Translations under genes and position numbers: made by a program | Source of the DNA: Candidatus Thorarchaeota archaeon | GTDB lineage: Archaea > Asgardarchaeota > Thorarchaeia > Thorarchaeales > Thorarchaeaceae | Reading direction: 5' to 3' | Assembly (NCBI GenBank): GCA_038893995.1 | Contig: JAWAQK010000052.1 | Span: 1-16,622, forward strand | Length of the DNA stretch: 16,622 nucleotides | The notes under the pieces: model-generated | The model's database searches: none | Told to the model about the DNA's origin: nothing | Seen by the model: only the letters and a program-made list of their open reading frames with translations | In this document: positions 7,484 to 15,675 of the stretch, in pieces | Layout of the letters: each line of letters starts with the position of its first letter | Position numbering within the stretch: position 1 is the stretch's first letter

Positions 7484-8246
7484 CTGATGTTTCACCAGGG
7501 TTGACTATCATATCGAGTATCTCAGTGGGTTCCTCCGTCTCGACGCCCAGCTTACGGAAATAGTTCGTAATGTTTTTAATGTCACGGAACAGGTACTGTA
7601 GCGCGTTATTGTGAGACCTGAGAACGGCCTGTGCAACATCGATGAAAACTGGGCCGCCGTACCATATTATGTTATACTCGCTTAAGTCGGCATGGACAAG
7701 ACCCGCTTTCCTGTAGGCATCTATCAAGAAACGCAAGATCTGCTCGTAAACCAGCTCTGGTTCCTCGAGATGAACGTGGCGCAACAGCGGGGCTGCTACG
7801 CCATTCACAGCGTCACCAATGAACTCCATCACGAGCACATTCCGCTCGACCTCAATTGGCTTGGGGACTCTGATTCCTGCGTCGCTGTAGAGCTTTAGGT
7901 TTCGAAACTCCTTCATTGCCCAGATGGGCACTATCGTCTTTGACTGTCGAGGTACCCGAGTGTAGCGCGGATCGCCTAGAAGGTACTCCAGCATGTACTC
8001 CCGCTGGGCAGTAGCAACACGATAGACCTTCACCGCCACTGACTTACCATCCTCAGTTTCGCCCCTGTAGACATTTGCTTCCTTGCCTGAGCTCACTACA
8101 CCGTGTAGAGCCTTGAACAGTCCCTTGTTGGACAGCCGATAGAGTTCCTTTAGCGTAATCGGATCGAGAACTCCCTCAACTACCTTGAGCTCATCCTGGT
8201 CCTTCAACCGCTTGGACATACGACGTTCGATTTCAGCATCTATCAT
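7452..8246 (-). CDS. rio1: RIO-family Ser/Thr kinase/ATPase Rio1
   Basis: SSGKEANVY P-loop, AVKVYR, LVHADLSEYNII catalytic loop, FIDVAQAV. The true start may be CTG 8273 (see findings). Confidence 0.95.
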   Translation of the reverse strand: MIDAEIERRMSKRLKDQDELKVVEGVLDPITLKELYRLSNKGLFKALHGVVSSGKEANVYRGETEDGKSVAVKVYRVATAQREYMLEYLLGDPRYTRVPRQSKTIVPIWAMKEFRNLKLYSDAGIRVPKPIEVERNVLVMEFIGDAVNGVAAPLLRHVHLEEPELVYEQILRFLIDAYRKAGLVHADLSEYNIIWYGGPVFIDVAQAVLRSHNNALQYLFRDIKNITNYFRKLGVETEEPTEILDMIVNPGETSDVDPRDNTSS

Positions 8247-8346
8247 GCGTGCCTTTGTGCGGATCCGCTTCAGCCAATATCACCTGCCTCACACCAATCA
8301 TCAGTGTACCTGCAGAGGGACGGCATAGGTGTCTGAAGACCGCGCG

Positions 8347-8676
8347 TCAAAATGACTTCAGAATACCATGCCTCTGTAACCATTCAACCTCATTGTTGCG
8401 ATACCGCCAGACCACATCGCACTTGGCCTCAGCCTGAAAGTCCCAGGGGACCACGAGCACCATGTCACCAACTCGCATCCAGACTCTCTTCTTCATACGT
8501 CCTGGTATCCGGCCTATTCGAATCTCTCCATCTTCGCATCTGACACGGACCCTGTCGTATCCGAGCATCTGCATGATCACTCCAAACATCTCACCTTCGT
8601 CACGGTTGGGAGTTCTCACTCGGACGGGCTCGGCCTCAGTTGACGTTTCGTTCTCACTATCACGAATACTAGGCAA
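8347..8676 (-). CDS. eif1a: Translation initiation factor 1A (aIF-1A)
   Basis: GEMFGVIMQMLGYDRVRVRCEDG...RIPGRMKKRVWMRVGDMVLVVPWDFQ...KCDVVWRY. Start is probably TTG 8676 (GGAG 8 nt upstream); TTG 8694 is the alternative. Confidence 0.96.
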   Translation of the reverse strand: MPSIRDSENETSTEAEPVRVRTPNRDEGEMFGVIMQMLGYDRVRVRCEDGEIRIGRIPGRMKKRVWMRVGDMVLVVPWDFQAEAKCDVVWRYRNNEVEWLQRHGILKSF

Positions 8677-8737
8677 TAGATACTCTCCGCTCAACGGGAT
8701 GACCGTTTGGTTAGGTGTTCAGTTGAGATGGCTGAAC

Positions 8738-8744
8738 ATTTAAG
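8738..8744 (-). promoter_or_regulatory. Putative TATA box upstream of aIF-1A
   Basis: CTTAAAT on the minus strand in the short nmd3-eif1a spacer. Confidence 0.35.
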
Positions 8745-8759
8745 CGTACCGAACCAGAT

Positions 8760-9848
8760 TCAGGCAGGGGGGTCAGGAGATGTGTCAGAGTTCGGAAGGA
8801 CGTAGAACTCCTCGCCCACAGTGACTCCATCAACTTCATCGCCAAGATGCACAGGCGAAATAAATCGCTCCGCCTCCACTTCCAGTGTGTGAAAGCTCTC
8901 CATGTCCATTAGATGATACGGACCATTGTATCCCTCTGCAACGACTGTATACTTTCGCCTCTCACTAGCGGGTCTCAGGAACTCTACGGACTTCCACTTT
9001 GGGCTCTTGAGATTGAGTGAGAATCTGCATCCAGTCCTTAGATTCTGACATCCCATCGATCCATGTCCTGATGAGAGTATCACACACGGCTGACCGTCAA
9101 CGCTCACGATGTCACCAGCTGTGAATCGGGGAAGTCGCAACATAATCGTGACACGAAACTTCCGTCGGCCTCCCTTGTCTTGCGTGATCAGTTTGAAGTT
9201 CTCCTTCCTCTCTGCAAGAAATGTCCTCTCAAGTTCGTCACCTATCTTCTTGGCAAGGCGGCTAGACCCAACCTTGAAGTCGATACCATATCGATTACGT
9301 TCAACGTCAGAAACGTACGCCCTTGGATCGGTACCGTACTCCGCAATGGTCCGATCAGTCACCAGCTGAAGTACACGAGTGGCTTCCTCATCGGTTATCT
9401 CGCGATTCTCTGCACGGACCTGGATTACTGCCTCATGGTAACCGCCTCTCATCATCGCACAGGTGTCACACATGACATGGTCGATGCGTATCTCTACAGG
9501 GTGCCGCTCAACATGAGGAGACAGACTCTCGTGCGAACATCCTCTCGCTACGAGTACAATCCGGATGACGCTGTCCAGCTTCTTGACTTCATCGATGCCT
9601 ATCTCAACATTGGTTCCAAGCACCTCGATGTCCTGATGCTCGATTGCAGCGAGTAGCCGCTCCTCCAGGGAATCAGCTTCACTCACATGACTCCACCCGC
9701 TCGCTGTCTTGAGTGCACCGCAGTTCTTGCACATCACAATAGAAACTGACTGCCTGGTCTTCAATAGGGGATGAGAGGCCCTGTAGCAGTCAGCACACAT
9801 ACCTCCAACAATGCTCGGGAGGCCACAGACAAAGCACCTGGAAACCAA
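8760..9848 (-). CDS. nmd3: NMD3-family ribosome biogenesis protein
   Basis: Four CxxC pairs (CFVC, CADC, CKNC, CDTC), GGYHEAVIQVR, GIDFKVGS, RKFRVTIMLRLP, and a C-terminal eIF5A-like OB segment (HLMDMESFHTLEV). TTG start with a GGGGTGAG SD. Confidence 0.93.
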   Translation of the reverse strand: MVSRCFVCGLPSIVGGMCADCYRASHPLLKTRQSVSIVMCKNCGALKTASGWSHVSEADSLEERLLAAIEHQDIEVLGTNVEIGIDEVKKLDSVIRIVLVARGCSHESLSPHVERHPVEIRIDHVMCDTCAMMRGGYHEAVIQVRAENREITDEEATRVLQLVTDRTIAEYGTDPRAYVSDVERNRYGIDFKVGSSRLAKKIGDELERTFLAERKENFKLITQDKGGRRKFRVTIMLRLPRFTAGDIVSVDGQPCVILSSGHGSMGCQNLRTGCRFSLNLKSPKWKSVEFLRPASERRKYTVVAEGYNGPYHLMDMESFHTLEVEAERFISPVHLGDEVDGVTVGEEFYVLPNSDTSPDPPA

Positions 9849-9898
9849 GTCAACTCACCCCAGAATTAGTCTGTGCAGGTCTGAGTCTTCTGATCTTG

Positions 9899-10198
9899 CT
9901 AGAGCCGTACCCACTGGGCGTGAGGCTCACCATCTATGTAGAGGACTGCCTCTTTGCTGATGAGTCCTCTGTTGATGGCTGCTGTGACCGTCGTCTTTCC
10001 CACCATGTTCACAATTGTCGCTCTTTTCAGATGAGTCATGCACGTTTCTATATCGACAAGTTCTCCACCGTAAAACTCCTCACTGACTCTGAATACTAGG
10101 TTGCCCTGAATGAGTGTCTTTCCTAGGAGGGACTTGTCGCATACCGCTACAAGATAATGGTCAAATGTTTCACGAACACGCATGTAGACAGACTCCAC
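9899..10198 (-). CDS. DUF424 family protein
   Basis: LVAVCDKSLLGKT...VSEEFYGG...ATIVNMVGK...VLYIDGEPHAQ. GTG 10198, with GAGGTG 6 nt upstream, avoids overlap with aIF-2beta. Confidence 0.9.
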   Translation of the reverse strand: MESVYMRVRETFDHYLVAVCDKSLLGKTLIQGNLVFRVSEEFYGGELVDIETCMTHLKRATIVNMVGKTTVTAAINRGLISKEAVLYIDGEPHAQWVRL

Positions 10199-10212
10199 CG
10201 TTCGCACCTCTG

Positions 10213-10626
10213 CTAGATTGGTCTTATCGAGGTCTTGGCGCCACAGGCAGAGCACACGAGATAGTATGCAGAATGTTCACGCACCTCATTGGTGTCGGGT
10301 CGACCACACACTGGGCATATCACGTACTGCTCGATATAACGTTTCAGGACTGCATCAACGACATCCGCTTCAAACTTGCCATTGAAGACCGCACGAGAGC
10401 CCTCGATATTGCCTGCAGTCGCCAGCTGGCCTGAGATATACTTGAGAACTGCCTTCCCTGGTCTGTTCAATATCGAAACAATGTCCTGAAAGTTCTGCCA
10501 GATACTTCTGCTTCCCTGAACAAGGATCTCAACTTCAGGGACTTGGAATCTCTCTCCAGAACGTCGAAAGGCGTCGGGAGGAATCTGGGATCTGGCTCTC
10601 TCAAGCAGCTTCTCGTAGTCGTCCAT
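10213..10626 (-). CDS. eif2b: Translation initiation factor 2 subunit beta (aIF-2beta)
   Basis: DYEKLLERA...ERFQVP...NFQDIVSILNR...LATAG, and a C2-C2 zinc ribbon YVICPVCGRPDT...CSACGA. GGAGGTG SD. Confidence 0.96.
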   Translation of the reverse strand: MDDYEKLLERARSQIPPDAFRRSGERFQVPEVEILVQGSRSIWQNFQDIVSILNRPGKAVLKYISGQLATAGNIEGSRAVFNGKFEADVVDAVLKRYIEQYVICPVCGRPDTNEVREHSAYYLVCSACGAKTSIRPI

Positions 10627-10675
10627 GGCTTATCAGACACCTCCAATCATTATTGAACCTGTTGTTCATTCACAC

Positions 10676-11413
10676 CTAGGCCGGCAAATAGACCCCTACC
10701 GTGACCTCCCGTATCTTGCGCTCCTCTAGGAGGTCAATCACGTGCATGTTGACGTCAGAAGCCCCGACCCCACGGCTCTTAAAGTAGTTGGCAATCTCGT
10801 CTATTGAAACTCCCTGACGACCTGCACGTGACTTTATGAACTGGAACACTTGATCACGTGGTGTTCCTCCAATTCCAGTGAACTCAGTCGACTGGGATGT
10901 GTCTATATCTGCACGTGATGTCGACGAAACTGTATCTGACAAACCGACACTGTCAAGCATTTCAGACTCGGCACGAACTTGGATATCAGTGTATGGGATA
11001 CTGCCCGACCTGAGTACCGTTCTAATTCGCTCAAGCCTATGAAGAGTCAGGTAGTTCGGATCAGGTAGCTCCCTGACTATCTCTGGATCCAAGTACACCT
11101 CATTTCCTATCTGCCGAACACGTCCCACCGCGATTACCAACGAGTCAGCCTGCACAGATGTCAACAGTCTGATCTTGGAGGGGTCGGAATCCCATGCTTT
11201 CAGCTGGATTGTCTCGGTACCATCGTCCACTGTCAGACTTGCATATTCCCGCTCTCTCTTTGTGTGCACCTGGGATACCACGTAGCCAACGATCACAGCT
11301 CTTCGTACCTCAACTCCGTAGCGTGTCACTACCCTCGAGACATCGGTCTTGTCAAATCGTCCGGAGACGAGGTCCTCTACAAGAACTCGGACTGCTGAGA
11401 TACGTTCCTGCAT
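10676..11413 (-). CDS. RPA32/RPA2-like ssDNA-binding protein (OB fold, S/T-rich linker, C-terminal winged helix)
   Basis: VRRAVIVGYVV...ASLTVDDGTETIQLKAW...VIAVGRVRQ...VYLDPEIVR...DPNYLTLHRLE. The linker is followed by RDQVFQFIK...GVSIDEI...VIDLLEERKIREVTVGVY. Confidence 0.85.
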   Translation of the reverse strand: MQERISAVRVLVEDLVSGRFDKTDVSRVVTRYGVEVRRAVIVGYVVSQVHTKREREYASLTVDDGTETIQLKAWDSDPSKIRLLTSVQADSLVIAVGRVRQIGNEVYLDPEIVRELPDPNYLTLHRLERIRTVLRSGSIPYTDIQVRAESEMLDSVGLSDTVSSTSRADIDTSQSTEFTGIGGTPRDQVFQFIKSRAGRQGVSIDEIANYFKSRGVGASDVNMHVIDLLEERKIREVTVGVYLPA

Positions 11414-11451
11414 GCTTCAGAGCTTCCCAACCAAGTGATTTGCCATCAGGC

Positions 11452-11459
11452 TATATATT
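11452..11459 (-). promoter_or_regulatory. Putative TATA box for the RPA32-like gene
   Basis: AATATATA on the minus strand about 40 nt upstream of ATG 11413. No obvious SD. Confidence 0.4.
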
Positions 11460-11493
11460 GTTCTCCCGCACTTTCTGACATTTGTCATAGGCA

Positions 11494-12525
11494 TCAGAAG
11501 AAGTCCGTCAAGGAACTCTGAGAAGAAGTATCACGTTCACTCATGACTTCTATCAGATGAGTCAGGGATGACCTGACACGCTGTTGACTGAAGTTGTGCT
11601 CATCACACAGCAGCGCGCAGACAGCATCTGTATCGGGTAGGCCCCATCTCAGTGAGGACACCTCCATGCGTGGGGGCTTGAGGAAGATCTCGCGTATCTC
11701 ATCTATTGGAATGTCGATCTGAATTGCCTTAGCCTCGATGATTTTCTCTATGCGACCATACTCTCTTATCAGTCTGAGAGCGGTCTTGGGACCCATTCCT
11801 GGGACCCTGTCGTTGTAATCAGTGCCCACGAGTATTGCGACATCGACAAGCTGTTCACGGGATATGCCTAGACTCCTCAGGTTTGTTTCGAGGTCAATCA
11901 GCTCGGGAGAAACTGTCTTGTATCCTCTTGAACCAGCCACCCTCCTGCGCCCGCTGATGGTGAGGTTTCGTATCAACCGGGGCGAGTTGTAGAGTAGGGA
12001 GTCACTATCCTGACTTGCACTGGCCCAAACGACCCCATCGCGTGCCATCTGAGCAGCAAGTGCCTCGCCTTCGGAAGGGGCCTGTACGAACGGGACTCCT
12101 AGAGCCTCAAGAAGGGTCTTGCTCTCAGCAATCATCTCACTCGTGAGTCTTGAACTGGCATGAGCGGCCTTGAGGGCATCTTCTGTCCTCCCCTCTGCAA
12201 GAGCACTCATCCACTCTTCGTATGCAGCTTCTCGGATTGCACGTCTCCTCTCTACCTCTGGTGCCTTGAGTTTCGGACTCTCTCCATCGTAGACGTACAC
12301 TGGTTGAATTCCATTCTCAAGTAGACTGACCGTCCTGTAGAAGAGACCGCTGAGATGACTGGTGATTCGCCGCTGCTGGTCCATCAGGGGGGTACCATCA
12401 GGTTGGCGAATGGTGGCCAGGAACTGGTAGAGAGTGTTGAAGGCGTCGATCGATATTGCGCGTCCAGACAGGTCACCTAGAGTGATTACCTCAGCAGTAA
12501 TGATCTCACCAAGTCTAGTACCCAA
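11494..12525 (-). CDS. fen: Flap endonuclease 1
   Basis: IDAFNTLYQFLATIRQPDGTPL, TSHLSGLFYRT, PVYVYDG, APSEGEA, SQDSDSLL, LVGTDYN, GMGPKTA, and a C-terminal PIP box QSSLTDFF. TTG 12525 gives the canonical MG- N-terminus. Confidence 0.97.
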   Translation of the reverse strand: MGTRLGEIITAEVITLGDLSGRAISIDAFNTLYQFLATIRQPDGTPLMDQQRRITSHLSGLFYRTVSLLENGIQPVYVYDGESPKLKAPEVERRRAIREAAYEEWMSALAEGRTEDALKAAHASSRLTSEMIAESKTLLEALGVPFVQAPSEGEALAAQMARDGVVWASASQDSDSLLYNSPRLIRNLTISGRRRVAGSRGYKTVSPELIDLETNLRSLGISREQLVDVAILVGTDYNDRVPGMGPKTALRLIREYGRIEKIIEAKAIQIDIPIDEIREIFLKPPRMEVSSLRWGLPDTDAVCALLCDEHNFSQQRVRSSLTHLIEVMSERDTSSQSSLTDFF

Positions 12526-12563
12526 ACGATTGCCCCCTGACAACAACACTGTTGCCCGATCAG

Positions 12564-12620
12564 GTAATATATGGTTTGGTGATTGAGGGCAATTCATGAC
12601 AGTTCGGCAGGTTTATAAAA
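12564..12620. promoter_or_regulatory. Divergent promoter region between fen and the Zn-ribbon/EF-1beta unit
   Basis: ATATATTA on the minus strand (12564-12571), about 40 nt upstream of fen. TTTATAAAA on the plus strand (12612-12620), about 52 nt upstream of ATG 12672. Confidence 0.55.
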
Positions 12621-12671
12621 ACCCCTGAGGGGGGACGGTTAGGAACTAGCACGAACAGGTGACCGCCGAAA

Positions 12672-12845
12672 ATGTCAATGAGGGCCATCAGATGTACGTC
12701 TTGTCACAGATCAGTGTCTCCACTCAGTAACAATGTCAAGTTCAACTGTCCTCAGTGCGGAAGCTTTGTGATATGGCGCTGTGAGTCGTGTCGGCGGTTC
12801 TCAATAAGATACACATGCCCAAGCTGTGGATTTGAGGGGCCTTGA
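12672..12845 (+). CDS. Small Zn-ribbon protein (DUF1610/COG2888, HVO_2753-like), 57 aa; missing from the ORF track
   Basis: MSMRAIRCTSCHRSVSPLSNNVKFNCPQCGSFVIWRCESCRRFSIRYTCPSCGFEGP has four CxxC motifs and the family's GFEGP end. AGGTGA SD at 12657-12662. Directly upstream of EF-1beta. Confidence 0.93.
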   Translation: MSMRAIRCTSCHRSVSPLSNNVKFNCPQCGSFVIWRCESCRRFSIRYTCPSCGFEGP

Positions 12846-12858
12846 GCAGGTGAGAGAA

Positions 12859-13125
12859 ATGGCAAGAGTGATCATGACAATAAGAATAATGCCGGAGGAC
12901 ATAGACGTAGATCTGGACAAGTTGCGAGAAAAGGTAAAGAAGTGCTTACCTCAGGGAACAGACCTCAGGGCAACCGAGATAGTTCCAGTCGCATTTGGTC
13001 TAAAGGCACTAAGGGTCAATCTGGCCAGGGACGAAGCACTTGGCGGAACAGACGACATCGAGGCGGCAATAACGGCCATAGATGGCGTTGCCCAAGTCGA
13101 TGTCGAGATGATCTCGAGAATATGA
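12859..13125 (+). CDS. ef1b: Elongation factor 1-beta
   Basis: MARVIMTIRIMPEDIDVDLDKL...PVAFGLKAL...GGTDDIE...IDGVAQVDV. ATG 12859 with AGGTGA SD. Confidence 0.96.
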   Translation: MARVIMTIRIMPEDIDVDLDKLREKVKKCLPQGTDLRATEIVPVAFGLKALRVNLARDEALGGTDDIEAAITAIDGVAQVDVEMISRI

Positions 13126-13443
13126 AAGCTCGATGTTTCTGAGGAAGTAATCGGCCAGTTGACGAAACCGAGCGGATGAATGAATCTCGGAAGTTTCGTA
13201 TCTTTGCTGATACTTGAAATCGCTCTGCACACACAGGGAAACAATTATCGAAGTTCGGTACTTTTTCAACAGACTGTGAGTACCAAGTATCACGTTCCTA
13301 CAGAAGAACTCGCCAAGTGGCCATGATGGATCTGACAGCTGGTACAAAGGATAAGCTAATTAGCGCACAGAAAGGAGCGGTAGTTGATACGGATGACGAG
13401 CGTAGTGACCTCCATTACTGAAGAGAGTTAAGGAGGCTAGGCA

Positions 13444-15657
13444 ATGGTTGAGGTAGTCCTGAAGGTCGCAGAAGCAGAGAACAGGGACATTGGCAGATTC
13501 TTGGTCCGCATCGACAGTGCAACTATGGAGAAACTGGGCGTCAGAACGGGAGACATTGTTCAGATAAGGGGAAAGCGAGTGACTGCAGCAATTGCGTGGC
13601 CTGCGTATCAGGGAGACAAGGGTAAGGAGATCATCCGGATGGATGGCAGAATAAGGAGAAATGCAGGAGTTGGCCTCACTGAGAAGGTAGTTGTCTCACG
13701 CATCACAGAAGAAGCTGCAAGGACTGTGACACTCGCCCCGACAACGACCCCGTTCCGGCCAGAACCTAGGTTTGAGGAGTTTATCAAGCGGAAACTACTC
13801 AACTGTCCTGTCACTGTGAACGATACCGTCTACATACCCATACTCAGCAGAGCCATCACATTCAAGGTGGCTGATGTGAAACCGAGCAGGACCGGCGTCG
13901 TGCAGCATGCAACTATCCTCAGCATTGCAGAGAAGCCAACTGGGGAAGTCACTGGCAGCTCCGAGGTCACATATGAGGACATTGGAGGACTATCAGAGGC
14001 CATACAGAGGATCCGAGAGATGGTAGAACTCCCCATGCGCCATCCTGAGTTGTTCAAGCGGTTGGGTATTGACCCACCCAGGGGAGTGATATTGCACGGT
14101 CCTCCTGGCACCGGCAAGACGCTGATGGCAAAGGCAGTGGCAACAGAATGTGACGCACACTTTGTTCATATCAATGGTCCCGAGATAATGTCCAAGTTCT
14201 ATGGCGAATCTGAACAGAAGCTCAGAAAGCTGTTTGAAGACGCTGAGGAGAACGCTCCGAGTATCATATTCATTGACGAGTTGGATGCCATCGCACCAAA
14301 GAGAGAGGAGGTACAGGGCGAGGTTGAGCGCAGGGTAGTTGCACAGCTGCTGGCGACTATGGACGGGCTGAAGTCAAGGGGACAGGTCATAGTCATAGGA
14401 GCAACAAATAGGGTCAATTCACTCGATCCAGCGTTGAGAAGACCTGGACGATTCGACCGCGAGATTGAGATAGGGGTTCCCGACGAGGCTGGTCGATTGG
14501 ACATACTCCAAATCCATACACGTGGGATGCCACTGACCTCCGAGGGAGAGGGCAAGGTGGACCTTCAACGACTAGCAAAAGACACACACGGTTTCGTTGG
14601 TGCTGATCTGCAGGCACTCTGCCGAGAAGCTGCAATGAAGGCCCTACGACGATACCTACCCGACATCCTGCCGAACATTGATGATAGTAGCGAGGAGATA
14701 CCTCAAGACGTACTGGAGAAGCTTGAAGTCAACAACAATGACTTCCAAGAGGCCTTGAAGGAGGTGATGCCATCCGCAATTCGCGAGGTCTTTGTCGAGA
14801 TACCAAACGTTCACTGGGAGGACATAGGAGGACTTGAGAAAGCCAAGCAAGAACTCCGGGAGGTAGTCGAGTGGCCCCTTAACAGACCCGACGTATTCAA
14901 GAGAATGGGAATAAGGCCGCCCAAAGGGGTGATAATCTGGGGACCTCCGGGGTGTGGGAAGACTCTCCTCGCAAGGGCAGTGGCAACGGAGAGTAAGGCC
15001 AATTTCATAAGTGTGAAAGGACCGGAGCTGATGTCCAAGTGGGTTGGAGAAAGCGAGAAAGGAATAAGAGAGATCTTTCGTAAGGCGCGCACCGCCGCTC
15101 CGGCGCTCATATTCTTCGATGAGATTGATGCAATCGCCCCGGTCCGCGGAAGGTCTGAAGGAGACAACCAAGTGACTGAGAGAGTCGTAAGCCAGCTCTT
15201 GACCGAGATGGATGGCCTCGAGAGTATGAAGGATGTTGTAGTGCTGGCAGCAACAAACAGGCCGATGCTCATAGACAGAGCACTGCTCAGAACCGGTCGT
15301 TTCGACAGATGGGTTTTCATTGACGCACCAGACGAAAAGAGCAGACTGGAGATTCTCAAGATCTACACGATCAAGGCGGGAATGCCACTTGACAGCGATG
15401 TGGACCTCGAGGAGTTAGCTCGAAGAACCGAGAACTATGTGGGAGGAGATATCGAGGCACTCTGCAGAGAGGCTGCGATACTTGCACTCCGAGAGTCTAA
15501 CATGGAGGCGGAGAAAGTTTCCTGGCGTCATTTTGAGGAGGCAATGGCAGGCATGCAAGCATCGGTCACTAAGGAGGACATCGAACGTTACAGAGAACTC
15601 GACAAACAGTTCCGCAGAGCCCGAGACAACATCTCTGTGAAATCGGGAGTAATATGA
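13444..15657 (+). CDS. cdc48: CDC48/VCP/VAT-family AAA+ ATPase
   Basis: Double-psi barrel N domain. D1: [28 protein letters not shown]2: [25 protein letters not shown]. Pore loops KFYG and KWVG. AAGGAGG SD. Confidence 0.98.
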   Translation: MVEVVLKVAEAENRDIGRFLVRIDSATMEKLGVRTGDIVQIRGKRVTAAIAWPAYQGDKGKEIIRMDGRIRRNAGVGLTEKVVVSRITEEAARTVTLAPTTTPFRPEPRFEEFIKRKLLNCPVTVNDTVYIPILSRAITFKVADVKPSRTGVVQHATILSIAEKPTGEVTGSSEVTYEDIGGLSEAIQRIREMVELPMRHPELFKRLGIDPPRGVILHGPPGTGKTLMAKAVATECDAHFVHINGPEIMSKFYGESEQKLRKLFEDAEENAPSIIFIDELDAIAPKREEVQGEVERRVVAQLLATMDGLKSRGQVIVIGATNRVNSLDPALRRPGRFDREIEIGVPDEAGRLDILQIHTRGMPLTSEGEGKVDLQRLAKDTHGFVGADLQALCREAAMKALRRYLPDILPNIDDSSEEIPQDVLEKLEVNNNDFQEALKEVMPSAIREVFVEIPNVHWEDIGGLEKAKQELREVVEWPLNRPDVFKRMGIRPPKGVIIWGPPGCGKTLLARAVATESKANFISVKGPELMSKWVGESEKGIREIFRKARTAAPALIFFDEIDAIAPVRGRSEGDNQVTERVVSQLLTEMDGLESMKDVVVLAATNRPMLIDRALLRTGRFDRWVFIDAPDEKSRLEILKIYTIKAGMPLDSDVDLEELARRTENYVGGDIEALCREAAILALRESNMEAEKVSWRHFEEAMAGMQASVTKEDIERYRELDKQFRRARDNISVKSGVI

Positions 15658-15675
15658 TCGGGAGGTGAGTTTCAA

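Noticed and set aside
9899-10678. Three consecutive genes ending in TAG (possible pyrrolysine readthrough)
   Set aside because: Each TAG falls at the expected family C-terminus, and there is no pyl gene or methyltransferase in the window.
13138-13199. Hammerhead-ribozyme-like core (CTGAGGA...GAAAC)
   Set aside because: Stem II is weak and offset by an extra A, stem III is followed by AA rather than the required UH, and no stem I can be formed.
13170-13421. C/D-box sRNA- or SECIS-like words (ATGAATGA, ATGATGG...CTGA, ATGACGA...CTGA, GAA bulge)
   Set aside because: There is no complete C-D'-C'-D arrangement with proper guide spacing, and no nearby gene has an in-frame TGA needing recoding.
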